A DNA stretch of 60,683 bases, filler included. It is 4 parts of 4 records of this genome, joined end to end, with 100 filler letters (N's around TTAATTAATTAA, not from the genome) between each part and the next. Parts side by side here need not be neighbours in the genome. Positions count along the whole stretch, not along the records: positions 1 to 16,493 come from SRR31156797_16412; positions 16,594 to 26,689 come from SRR31156797_16416; 2 more parts are not named here. One strand, written 5' to 3'. Position 1 is the stretch's first letter. Every line of letters begins with the position of its first letter. Positions 10,145-20,180 of the stretch are shown here, in pieces. The notes below the pieces were generated by a model. The model ran no database searches. It saw nothing but the letters and a program-made list of their open reading frames with translations, and was not told the origin of the DNA. Both the position numbers and the translations under genes were made by a program.

Positions 10145-10873
10145 ATGAAAAGGGTTGTTTTTTTATCTGTCGCATTGTTAATGGTAACTTTATCATTTTC
10201 ACAAATTACACAATTATCAGAGAATACAGTTTCATCGCCAAAATTTATGGGCGAGAATGGATGGTCTTATACCAGTGATGAATTTAGTTCACCCATCTGC
10301 CAGTTTATGGTAGAACAATTACAATCAGAACTTATTGAAGCTGAAGGAATAGTTAATATTGAATTTACAGTACACAAAGATGGAAGCGTTGATCAGTTTA
10401 AAGTTCAAAACACAACGCAAAGTGATGTTGATCAAAAGATTTTAGCATGTTTGCAAAAGTCATCAGGACAATGGCAACCAGGTATGGTGAATGGCGAAGC
10501 TACAGAAATGCAGCGAAGTATTAAGGTGTGTTTCTACAATCCGGAAAACGGTACCTTAAATGAGCAAGGTAATGAACAGCTTCAGTTAGCAATTAAAAAA
10601 TACCATGATGCGCTGATCGTGAAGAATAATCTTCATATACCCAATAGCAAGGCAGAGAAAAGAGCCAATAATAGATTGCAGGCAGCTGTATCTATGCTAG
10701 ATACAGCTGAACGTTTTATCCCTAATGAACCATCTGTCGCTTTTTGGCAGGCTTGTACTTATGAGCAAATAGGAAATGAGCTTAAAAAAGATCAGAAATT
10801 GAATGAATATCTAAGTTTAATTGAACCTAGTTATCAGGCACAGGTCGATGTGGTCAGCATTCCATTAAAATAG
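10145..10873 (+). CDS. Secreted TonB C-terminal-like protein, paralog of 9077-9817
   Basis: Signal peptide; GIVNIEFTVHKDGSV...WQPGMVNG; shares NP+NG..L.E and EPSV..W motifs with the upstream gene. Confidence 0.7.
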   Translation: MKRVVFLSVALLMVTLSFSQITQLSENTVSSPKFMGENGWSYTSDEFSSPICQFMVEQLQSELIEAEGIVNIEFTVHKDGSVDQFKVQNTTQSDVDQKILACLQKSSGQWQPGMVNGEATEMQRSIKVCFYNPENGTLNEQGNEQLQLAIKKYHDALIVKNNLHIPNSKAEKRANNRLQAAVSMLDTAERFIPNEPSVAFWQACTYEQIGNELKKDQKLNEYLSLIEPSYQAQVDVVSIPLK

Positions 10874-10964
10874 TCTCAAGCCTATTGTAAAATATACTTA
10901 GGGTATGCCATTATATAGTAAGGTATACCTTAAGTTTTCTTTTTTGTTCGTATAGATTTTCAAA

Positions 10965-11684
10965 ATGACAAGCAAACATAAATCTTTTAGTGACCAAATT
11001 CATAAGGTATTTCAACGATGTGAAGGGAGGAAATGCCACTTTTGTGACGTTGAGCATTTGGATAGTTCGTTTAGCTGTTCATCTAATCAGTTTGTTGTAG
11101 ATATTGAATTTCCCGATCTGATATTTAAACAGGTATCTGGTGATTTGAATTATTTACTGGGACTTGATAATGGAGTTCTGTCGTTTGATGACTTGATTGA
11201 AAAAGTTCACTCCAACGATATGGAAACCTTCACCCTTTTATTTCAGCACTTATGCGAGTTTGTTTTTAATAATAAGCAAAGTTTACAACAGGGGAATTTA
11301 TTATCGACCAGTCAGGTTCGCTTAAGACATCCAATTGAGGGAGATTGCTTTTTTCATATTCAGCACTTTTATTGGAAGAGTATTGAAATGAATAATTCTT
11401 TTACCCTTCGTAACCTATTTACAAAGAAGGAATTCAACATTACAGATGAAGCCAAATTGAATGAGTTAAAATCTTTTATGAATTTATTTTCTAAACGAGA
11501 GTTGCAAATCCTCACCTTAATGTCCGAAGGTAAAAAGAGTAACGAAATAGGCGATATTCTGGAAATTAGTAAACATACGGTTGATACGCATAGAAGAAAT
11601 ATGCTGGCTAAAACTAATTTTTGTAACACCACTGAGTTAGTGGCCTATTCAATCTCCAATCAATTTATTCAGCCGGTAAATTAA
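10965..11684 (+). CDS. LuxR-family HTH regulator with PAS-like N-terminal region
   Basis: C-terminal FSKRELQILTLMSEGKKSNEIGDILEISKHTVDTHRRNML. Confidence 0.9.
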   Translation: MTSKHKSFSDQIHKVFQRCEGRKCHFCDVEHLDSSFSCSSNQFVVDIEFPDLIFKQVSGDLNYLLGLDNGVLSFDDLIEKVHSNDMETFTLLFQHLCEFVFNNKQSLQQGNLLSTSQVRLRHPIEGDCFFHIQHFYWKSIEMNNSFTLRNLFTKKEFNITDEAKLNELKSFMNLFSKRELQILTLMSEGKKSNEIGDILEISKHTVDTHRRNMLAKTNFCNTTELVAYSISNQFIQPVN

Positions 11685-11735
11685 ATAGATTCAGCTCATT
11701 TTAGCAATTTATTTTTAGGAGTTTCGTTTAAATAA

Positions 11736-11743
11736 TATCTTTG
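11736..11743 (+). promoter_or_regulatory. Bacteroidota -7 element
   Basis: TATCTTTG about 20 bp upstream of the CDS at 11765. Confidence 0.55.
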
Positions 11744-11764
11744 GATTTTTAAAAACGATCATCA

Positions 11765-13024
11765 GTGAAAACCTACATTATAAGTTGCATTGGCTTTTTA
11801 GCCTTTTTCTGTCATATTACCCTTCAGGCTCAAATTGTTTCCACCGGACATAATTCCTCGGTAGAAGCCTCCTATTCTGTTGACAGTATTTATTTATATG
11901 CTGATCTGCAAAGCGCAGGTTTAGCTGCTGTTCCTCCAAGCGGTGCTACAAACCTAAGTTATAGTTGGGAAAAATTTGAATCAGGAAATTGGGTAGAGAG
12001 CGAAACGAATACCCATGCTAATTATACCGGTGTTCTTAATGAGGGTGCTTATCGTGTAATTATTCTTGATGACGGAACACAGGTGGCACAGCATACCTGT
12101 TGGTTGTTTGTACCGGAAATAACTTCAGTAGAAATAGATACTTTAGTGAATACCTGTTCTTCTTTGCAATTAACAAATTTGGTTAATACAAAAGATATAG
12201 AATATAGCGATCCTAAAAACGGTACGGCCTATAATTTAGATTACCAGTTGGAATATGAATGGACGTGGAATGCTTCAGATGAAATGGAAAACAATACTGA
12301 AGCACAACCGGAAATATCAGCACCATTGGATACGGTTAGCTTTACCCTTACCGTTTCTGCATTTAACGGAATTAGTCCCATAGTATCAGAGTCGCTATTT
12401 TTTGACCCCATTGCTGTAAAAGCTGATTTTACCTTTAACGTTACGGATAGAGGTAATGAAAATGAATTCCCCACACAAACATCCTATAGTGAATTAACCA
12501 CATTTTCAGAGGCATCATCAGAGGTAGATGTCAGTATTAATAATAATTCATTAGGTGGAATTACTGTTTACGATTGGTATTTAGTTAAAGATGATGAATT
12601 GGAATCGGCCGATAGAGATGAAGGTAAAAATCCTAATTTTTCCATAACAGAGCTGGGGTCATATCAACTTTCTTTGGTAACCCAAAATACTATTCGAGGG
12701 TGTAAAGACAGTATTTCTGTTGGGCCAATCACCTTAAAGGAAATGAATGTTGAAGTACCTAATGTTTTTACTCCGGATGGAGATGGAAGTAACGATGTGT
12801 TCAGGGTGGCTTATACTTCAGTTAAGGATTTTAAAATGGTGATTTTTAACAGTTGGGGAAGAAAGGTGTTTGAAACTTCAGATCCGGGAGATTCGTGGGA
12901 TGGAAAAATTGGCTCCCAAAAAGCTGCAGAAGGTGTTTACTTTTATTTTATTGAAGCCAGAGGTTACAACGAAAAAGAAGAAGTAAAACTTAAAGGTCCT
13001 CTTCATCTTTTTAGAGGAGAGTAA
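11765..13024 (+). CDS. T9SS type-B sorting (gliding-motility C-terminal) domain protein
   Basis: Signal peptide; C-terminal VPNVFTPDGDGSNDVF...IFNSWGRKVF...WDG...EGVYFY. Confidence 0.9.
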   Translation: MKTYIISCIGFLAFFCHITLQAQIVSTGHNSSVEASYSVDSIYLYADLQSAGLAAVPPSGATNLSYSWEKFESGNWVESETNTHANYTGVLNEGAYRVIILDDGTQVAQHTCWLFVPEITSVEIDTLVNTCSSLQLTNLVNTKDIEYSDPKNGTAYNLDYQLEYEWTWNASDEMENNTEAQPEISAPLDTVSFTLTVSAFNGISPIVSESLFFDPIAVKADFTFNVTDRGNENEFPTQTSYSELTTFSEASSEVDVSINNNSLGGITVYDWYLVKDDELESADRDEGKNPNFSITELGSYQLSLVTQNTIRGCKDSISVGPITLKEMNVEVPNVFTPDGDGSNDVFRVAYTSVKDFKMVIFNSWGRKVFETSDPGDSWDGKIGSQKAAEGVYFYFIEARGYNEKEEVKLKGPLHLFRGE

Positions 13025-13146
13025 AACGATTTGATACTGTAAATAGTCATTTTCCAGGTTTTTTATTGCCTGTCTGTTTTTAAATTGTAACTTATCACGT
13101 AATTCAAGCGTCACACCTAGGAATTACGAATTAAAACGAAAATGTT

Positions 13147-13848
13147 ATGATTAAAAAACAACTGCTTCTTAGTATACTCTCACTTTTTATTAGCTGCTCG
13201 GTATTTGCTGAAATGCAGGAAACCGAAAGAGAAGAACGTCAACTGAAAGATTTTACAGCAATTGTAGTTTCTTCAGGTATTGATGTATATATTACCCAGA
13301 CTGATGAATTTAGTGTGGAGGTGGAAGCTTCAAAAAATGTAATGCATCGCATTATCACCGAGTTAAGGGGGAATACATTACATGTGTATGTAAAAGGTAA
13401 ATTCAGATGGGGATCAAAAGATATTCGAAAAGTCTTTATCTCGGCACCGGAAATTAATAAACTTGTAGCTTCAGGTGGAGCAGACATACATGGAAGTACG
13501 CCTTTGAAGACTGAATTACTGGTTTTAACTTCATCAGGAGGAGCTGATATTTATGTATCGGTAAAAACCAGTACCGTTAAAATGACAAGTAGTGGAGGAG
13601 CTGATATTTCTGTAGATGGTTCATGCGATCAGGTCAATGCGGTTGCCAGTGGAGGAGCCGATATCAATGCAAAAAAATTGATAGCTCAGTATGTAAATGC
13701 CACAGCCAGCGGAGGTGGTACTATTGAAGTGTATGCTTCGGAGCGGATTTACGCTACAGCGAGTGGAGGCGGTGATATAAATTACACTGGTTCTCCTAAG
13801 GATAAGCAAATATCAGAGTCTGGCGGAGGCGATGTAACCGGACATTAA
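13147..13848 (+). CDS. GIN-domain (DUF2807) beta-helix protein
   Basis: Signal peptide; DFTAIVVSSGIDVYITQ; repeated xSGGADI motifs. Confidence 0.88.
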   Translation: MIKKQLLLSILSLFISCSVFAEMQETEREERQLKDFTAIVVSSGIDVYITQTDEFSVEVEASKNVMHRIITELRGNTLHVYVKGKFRWGSKDIRKVFISAPEINKLVASGGADIHGSTPLKTELLVLTSSGGADIYVSVKTSTVKMTSSGGADISVDGSCDQVNAVASGGADINAKKLIAQYVNATASGGGTIEVYASERIYATASGGGDINYTGSPKDKQISESGGGDVTGH

Positions 13849-13864
13849 ATATGAAGAACTTGAT

Positions 13865-13907
13865 AAAAAGGTTCGTTAAGGTTTTTAACCATAGCGAACC
13901 TTTTTTA
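13865..13907 (+). terminator. Intrinsic terminator
   Basis: AAAAAGGTTCG...CGAACCTTTTTTT. Confidence 0.75.
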
Positions 13908-13964
13908 TTATTGTAATTTCATTATCATTATAAATTTGATCACCGAATTTTTGCTAAACCCATC

Positions 13965-16259
13965 ATGATACGAACAGTATTTATTTTTTTAACCCTATTC
14001 ATTTCTTCTCCCATATTTTCTCAATTATCAGAACACGAAATCAGTTATTTTACGCAATGTTTAACTGAAAAAGTGAATGAATTACGATTATCGAAAAATC
14101 TAAATGCGCTGGAACCAGATAAGGATTTAGAGCAAGCTGCAACTATGCATTCAAAATACATGGCTCGGGTAAATCGTTTATCGTATAAAGAAGCATCGTC
14201 AAAATTAAGGACGCCAGACAAACGGGTGCAAAAGTTCTCCAATGAATTTGAGTTGGTGGGAGAAAATATCCTATTTATTGAAAACAAAAGGAAGAAATAC
14301 AAAGATGAACAAATAGAGGAGTTGGCCTTGCAAATGTTTACAATGTGGAAGGAATCACCCGGGCATTATGCCAATATGATTCATCCTCAGTATAAATTGA
14401 GTGGCTTTGGCTTCGCAAAAAGTAAATCAGGAAAACTTTATGCCACACAGGTTTTTGGAACCAAAGGGATAGTTATTGAAAATCAGCTAAGTAAAAATGC
14501 TTTTGGAATAAAATAAAAGGGACAACGTTGTAAGGAAATTCTTAACGGGAAAAGGAATTTTGTGGTCAATATGGGAAATGCTATTCATATTCGAGGCAAT
14601 AAGGTAATGTTGTACTATCATTCCAAACGGATTTTTAACGAAATGCTCAAAGATCAGAGTGATGGTTTAGCTATCGATTTGGTAGAAAAAGATCAGTTTA
14701 CATGCGATTCTGAAAACTTACTGGATTTTAATCCGGTTTATGATGGTGTTTTGTTAAAGCCTGTGTATAAGGATGAATTATTTAATGAAAATCAAGCCCA
14801 GGGCGATTATCGTTTGGTTTCACAGGTAGGAACTGTTCCTGAGCATTTATTAGGAAAGGAATTATCCCCAAATCTAGTATATATCAAAAATGGGACAGGA
14901 TGTGATTATATATATCCGATAAATATTCCCAATGATAATTATGATTTGGTGCCAATTGAGCCTAAATTATTAAACCCTCAACAATATCCTTTTTTAAAGA
15001 AGGGCATAGTTGGTACCAGAACATTGTATTTTGATTTTAGCCGAGGTAAAACCTCTCCGGATTTTCAGGATTTTGATTCATCGTTTGATGGTGATCCTGT
15101 GAAAATTGACATAGTGAGTTATAGCTCCATCGAGGGAGATTCTGTTCGTAATGAGGCTTTAATGAAGGGTAGAGCAGAGTATATCCGATCCTATTTGAAT
15201 AAAAATAAAGATTTAGAAGCTATAAAGAAGTCGAATAATTCGGAAGAAAACTGGGGAACAATGTTTTTTCAGCTCGATTTGCTGGGGCTCGATTCGCTTA
15301 AGTGCAAAAGTAAAGATGAATTAAGAAAATTTGTAGTGCAGGATCAAATGCATAATTGGGATTCGTTATTGTATCTGCAACGTAGATCTTTTGCAACTAT
15401 TTATTACAATGGAAAATTAGATCCGAAGGATAGCTTGTTTTATAGTCAAAACTTTTACTCAGCGATTGAAAATAAAAATATGGCATTGGCAAATCGGGCA
15501 CTGGCCGAGATGTATATGCAGGAAAATGTGGAGATTGTCTTTGCTCCTCATGTTTTTGACTTATTCAACCAGGAACCAAAACTGGTACAAAACGCAGCGG
15601 CTATTTTAGCCAAATCGTATTTATATAATTGGGATACCTCCATTCGATTTTTACACCATTGGCTGAATCAAACAGAAAAGTTAAATCAAGACGCTCTTTA
15701 TAATCTAAGCATATTGTATTGCAAAGTCACTTCCGAAGTTTTAAATAGTTGGGATGTCAGTAAAAGCGTATTTGCTAAAATAGTTGAGCCAAAAAAAGTA
15801 AAAGAAATCATTTCACAATTTGTAGGCAAAGATGAAAACAATAAGCTATTGCTGAACTATCACCTTACAGCCATTCAGTATTATGGTCAAAATAATTATC
15901 AATCAGGACTAGCAGAGTCATTTTTGTTTATAGAGAACTACTTCGAGGATAGAATTTTAGAAATGAACGACGAGGTGAAGCTATGTTTATTTTTCAATAG
16001 TTGGAGCCGATACGATCTTACGGTTAGTCATTTATTTAAACGTATTAATGAGCGCGAATTTAATGAAGAAGCAGCCTTTGTTCTTGCTAAAACAACAATG
16101 GGCTATCCTTATAATCTTACAGATGCAGAGATAAAAAAAGTAATGCAAAGAGCATTTCGAAAAAATAAGCAAAAGTGGTGTTATTGGATTGAAGATGAAT
16201 TTCAATTACTACGTAATAAAGATGTAAAATTGATGTATTGTCAGGAGTGTAATCAATAG
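13965..16259 (+). pseudogene. CAP (SCP)-domain protein interrupted by one in-frame TAA
   Basis: ORFs 13965-14516 (CAP motifs VNELR, AATMHSKYMA, VGENI, WKESPGHYANM) and 14562-16259 are in the same frame; only TAA 14514-14516 separates them and the 15 intervening codons are open. Confidence 0.7.
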
Positions 16260-16463
16260 CTTAATACAGCGTCCTCCCAGGTATTTTATAGCCCGGGGTA
16301 AATTTTACTCGTCCTCGCAATCTATCAGGTCGTCCTCCTAAACTTTTGCTTGATCCTCTCGAAGAAAGGGTAGTCCTCCCGGGTATGACACACCTCCTGG
16401 CAAAGGTTTAGGTCGATCTGGAGCATCTTCTTGTCGACCTGACGGTACTTTGACTCGTCCTAG

Positions 16464-16493
16464 TGTAATTCCCTAAAATAGCTTGACAGATTT
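16464..16493. mobile_element. Possible insertion-sequence terminus at the contig end
   Basis: TGTAATTCCCTAAAATAGCTTGACAG begins with TG like IS3-family ends, abuts a truncated ORF and coincides with an assembly break; no transposase visible. Confidence 0.3.
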
Positions 16494-16593
16494 NNNNNNN
16501 NNNNNNNNNNNNNNNNNNNNNNNNNNNNNNNNNNNNNTTAATTAATTAANNNNNNNNNNNNNNNNNNNNNNNNNNNNNNNNNNNNNNNNNNNN
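16494..16593. other. Artificial contig linker
   Basis: N44-TTAATTAATTAA-N44 (stops in all six frames). Confidence 0.99.
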
Positions 16594-16594
16594 C

Positions 16595-16933
16595 GCCCTG
16601 GTCACGTTTGTCGCCACGCACTACGTGGGCATAAAATACCATGGCATCAAATACATCAAGCATTTCATGGGATCCTTTCTACCGCTGGCTCCCCTGATGC
16701 TCCCGATCGAAATCATCGGGCACCTTTCAAGGGTGCTGTCCCTGACGCTGCGTCTTTTCGGCAATATTATGGGCGAAGACCTCGTCCTGGCCACCCTGTT
16801 TGTCCTGGCCGGAAAATACTTTGCTCCACTGCCGATGATGTGCATGGGCATTTTTACAAGCTTTATCCAGGCGTTCGTGTTCAGCCTGCTGGCCATGCTG
16901 TATATTTCCGCCGCCATAGAGGAAGCCCACTAA
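16595..16933 (+). CDS. atpB: F0F1 ATP synthase subunit a (3' part)
   Basis: [22 protein letters not shown] and IQAFVFSLL; open to the contig start. Confidence 0.95.
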   Translation, partial: ALVTFVATHYVGIKYHGIKYIKHFMGSFLPLAPLMLPIEIIGHLSRVLSLTLRLFGNIMGEDLVLATLFVLAGKYFAPLPMMCMGIFTSFIQAFVFSLLAMLYISAAIEEAH

Positions 16934-17016
16934 GAAGATTAATATAGACTTTTCCCCCTGTGTATTCAGGGTGAGATTAGGAAGAAGGCATATATTTTGA
17001 AAGGAGAATGCATTTC

Positions 17017-17382
17017 ATGAAAAAATCGATCGTTACCACCACGTTGACCGCTCTGTTCGTCCTCGGGATGTCCGCGGTTGCCATGGCTGCCGACACTGAA
17101 ATCGCGGTAGCCGGCCTCAAGGTCTTTTCAGCCATCGTAACCGCCGCCGGTTTCGGCATGGCTTTAGCCGCCATCGGTACGGGCATCGCCCAGGGCATCG
17201 CCATTAAGGGCGCCGTGGAAGGAACCGCTCGCAACCCGGAAGCTTCCGGTAAAATCACCGTAACCATGCTTATCGGTCTGGCCATGATCGAATCGCTTGC
17301 TATTTATGCTCTCGTCGTGGCTTTGATCCTGCTGTACGCATACCCGATGTCAGGTCCAATCAAGACACTGGTGGGTATGTAA
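17017..17382 (+). CDS. atpE: F0F1 ATP synthase subunit c with N-terminal extension
   Basis: [28 protein letters not shown] at 17002-17006. Confidence 0.95.
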   Translation: MKKSIVTTTLTALFVLGMSAVAMAADTEIAVAGLKVFSAIVTAAGFGMALAAIGTGIAQGIAIKGAVEGTARNPEASGKITVTMLIGLAMIESLAIYALVVALILLYAYPMSGPIKTLVGM

Positions 17383-17394
17383 GACTAACTATAA

Positions 17395-17442
17395 AGGGGC
17401 GTCGGTTGGTCTATCCAACCGGCTCCCGTTTACTTTTTTTTT
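17395..17442 (+). terminator. Intrinsic terminator after atpE
   Basis: GC-rich hairpin CGGTTGG-TCTAT-CCAACCG followed by a T9 tract. Confidence 0.7.
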
Positions 17443-17495
17443 AACAGTATATGTACTGCGATTCACAATCAGCCAGGCGCAAATAAAGGTCTGAC

Positions 17496-18128
17496 ATGAA
17501 ATTCTCAAAAATACCCGCTGCTACGATCACAAGGCTTTCCCTGTATTCCCGAAACCTGGAAGAACTGGAAGCTGAAGATATCAAGGTCATCTCATCCGAA
17601 AAACTGGCCGAACAGTGTGGGGTGAATTCAGCACAAATACGTAAGGATTTGGCCTACTTCGGAGAGTTCGGAGTTCGTGGGGTCGGATACTACGTCCGCG
17701 ACCTGCTTTTTGAAATTAAAAAGATACTCGGACTCAACAAAGACTGGAATCTTGGACTTGTCGGAATAGGAAATCTGGGCTCCGCTCTAATAGCCCATGA
17801 AAACTTTGCCCGGCAGGGATACAGGTTTGTCGCCGCTTTCGATATCGACTACAATAAAGTCGGAAAAAAACTGCCCAATGGTCTGAAGATCGAACATATT
17901 GATTCACTCCGGGAAGTAAGAGTCCGGAATAATGTGGAAATAGGGGTCATATCCACGCCGGCTTCAAAAGCACAGGAAGTCGCCAACCGAATGATAGAGG
18001 CCGATATCAGGGCTATTCTAAATTTTGCCCCGATTCATATCCACGTGCCAAAGGGATTTGGCGTGGAAAATGTCGATTTTTCAGTGAAATTGGATAATCT
18101 GGCCTACCATCTGACCACGGAAGGCTAA
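17496..18128 (+). CDS. rex: Redox-sensing repressor Rex
   Basis: IPAATITRLSLY, QIRKDLAYFGEFGVRGVGY, VGIGNLG, AILNFAP. Confidence 0.96.
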   Translation: MKFSKIPAATITRLSLYSRNLEELEAEDIKVISSEKLAEQCGVNSAQIRKDLAYFGEFGVRGVGYYVRDLLFEIKKILGLNKDWNLGLVGIGNLGSALIAHENFARQGYRFVAAFDIDYNKVGKKLPNGLKIEHIDSLREVRVRNNVEIGVISTPASKAQEVANRMIEADIRAILNFAPIHIHVPKGFGVENVDFSVKLDNLAYHLTTEG

Positions 18129-18427
18129 TAAATCCCAATATTGATGAATTCTCTCGCTAATGTTGCATCTCCGACATCCGTGCCTTATTCCGGATTGTAT
18201 ACATAATCTTTGATAAGGCTCTGACAGCGATATTTTGGTTTCCCGACTGAAATTCAGTATTATTAAATTCAAAGTTATAAATGGAAATATAGTTGTTCTG
18301 GGGTACAGAGCCTAGACTATTCATGTTCTAACAGATACATAACCTCTCTATAAAAGCCCTTATAGGCCAATAAGGAAAATTTCAAATAAATTAATATTAT
18401 TTCCTGATTTAAAGATGAGGTCATGAA

Positions 18428-18898
18428 ATGGACGTTAACACCGCGAGGCTAATAACGCCGGGAGAACCGCCGACTCGCAGAAAGGCGGCTGCTTGGATCG
18501 GACCTGAAGGATATGCCTTTTGGAAGAAAGTGGAAAATCTTATAGAAAGGAATTATCCACGAGTTTTTACTCCGGAATGGCTTTTCGGCGGTAAAAAACA
18601 TGGCTGGTCGCTTCGGTATAAAAAGAGCAGACCGCTTTGCACTTTTATTCCCGAGAAAGGCGCCTTTAAACTTTTAATCGTTTTCGGGGCGAAAGAAAGG
18701 GAAAAAATTGAATCAATTCGTGGAACCATAAGCGTTCGTACAATGAATGAATATGACCAGGCCACGACTTATCATGACGGTAAGTGGGTTCGCCTTGAAA
18801 TTGATTCAGATGTGGTTGTCGAAGATGTTGCACATTTACTAGCCGTTAAGAGAAGACCCTCGGCTGCAAAAAAGAAGAAAAATGAGATAACTCGCTGA
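18428..18898 (+). CDS. DUF3788 family protein
   Basis: EWLFGGKKHGWSLRYKK...LCTFIP and YHDGKW motifs. Confidence 0.75.
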   Translation: MDVNTARLITPGEPPTRRKAAAWIGPEGYAFWKKVENLIERNYPRVFTPEWLFGGKKHGWSLRYKKSRPLCTFIPEKGAFKLLIVFGAKEREKIESIRGTISVRTMNEYDQATTYHDGKWVRLEIDSDVVVEDVAHLLAVKRRPSAAKKKKNEITR

Positions 18899-18937
18899 CA
18901 AGGCAAGGATTGAATAATTTAAAGACGATCGTGGATT

Positions 18938-19918
18938 ATGGCATATGATTATAAAGTGGAGTTTGTTTTGATACGCCTGGTCGGCGCATGGCGCATAATC
19001 GATCCCGACCATAAGGAAGAGGATGCAGTTGCTTCATTCTATGGGGAAGTGTTTCCCCGTCTTGCCCGCGAAGTGGATGGGATTGGCGGGTTGTCCCGAT
19101 ACGCTGGTTATCGAGCCCTGTCGGCCAGGGGCGGAATCCTGCAGTTCTTCGGCATCGAAGTTAATAAGATCAAAAACATACCGCAGGGAATGGTTGCCTG
19201 GGAATTGACGACTGATCAGTGGCGTGTATGGAAATTCGATAATGGGCAAAGCATCTACGAGACCGGGGATGGTTTTAAATGGATTTGGAATTGTCAAAGC
19301 CCTGGCGGAGAACTAGGTGAATTCAAATCTTTTTTACCTGTAAACGCGCCAGGCGGTTTGGGGGCCGACAAATTGGTCTTTTGGGCGGCCGTTAACTCAT
19401 ATGCCGCTTTTGACGGTCGGAAGGCTGATCCGGATATTGTTGAATTGGTTGATTACAACCCTGCATGGCCTGATGAGTTTAAAAAAATGGTCCGAAGACT
19501 GAGGAAGATGTGCAGTTGGCCGGAAGCGCGCATTGAACACTATGGCAGTACGGCTGTACCCGGGTTAAAAGCCAAGCCAATCATAGACATGCTTGTCGAA
19601 GTCCCATCATTTGACGAAGCAAGGCGGATTATGCTTCCGGCGCTTAATGACGCCCAATGGGAATACTGGTGGTATTCCGACCATATGATATTTATTAAAC
19701 GCGACAAGTTGATGGGAAAGCGCACTCATCACGTGCATGCGGCCCCGGCCGGTCATCGAATTTGGGAAGGCCTGACTTTTCGAAACCTGCTTAGAAACAA
19801 GCCGGATACAGCCGCCGAATACGAAGCCTTGAAATCCCGCCTGGCAACCGTGCATAGGTCTGATCGGGAAGAATATACAAGGGCAAAAACGGAATTTATT
19901 AAAATGCACAGCGGCTAA
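18938..19918 (+). CDS. GrpB-family nucleotidyltransferase-fold protein with extra N-terminal domain
   Basis: C-terminal YNPAWPDEF, IEHYGSTAVPGLKAKPIID, THHVH, YTRAKTEFI. Confidence 0.85.
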   Translation: MAYDYKVEFVLIRLVGAWRIIDPDHKEEDAVASFYGEVFPRLAREVDGIGGLSRYAGYRALSARGGILQFFGIEVNKIKNIPQGMVAWELTTDQWRVWKFDNGQSIYETGDGFKWIWNCQSPGGELGEFKSFLPVNAPGGLGADKLVFWAAVNSYAAFDGRKADPDIVELVDYNPAWPDEFKKMVRRLRKMCSWPEARIEHYGSTAVPGLKAKPIIDMLVEVPSFDEARRIMLPALNDAQWEYWWYSDHMIFIKRDKLMGKRTHHVHAAPAGHRIWEGLTFRNLLRNKPDTAAEYEALKSRLATVHRSDREEYTRAKTEFIKMHSG

Positions 19919-20180
19919 TAAAGGCGGCATTATGATATGATTGACAGCGCCGCTGACAGTTTTTATCAATTTGATAATACTGAAAAATATGTAAACTAAT
20001 TACAAGACGCCTCCTGTCGCCCTCCCTCCAATTTTCAAGGCTTCAACAAATATTTACCAAGTTTATCCTGCTACCCCCCCAAATGGGCGATGTCCCGGAA
20101 CATGGCCGCATTATAATTAAACCTGAAAATAAGGTTGATAAACCTAGGTTTCCGACCACTCTTGCAGAAGGAGTTATTGT

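Noticed and set aside
17017-17382. Na+-specific ATP synthase c subunit
   Set aside because: It has Q, ES and Y but reads ESL rather than EST, so ion specificity cannot be called from sequence.
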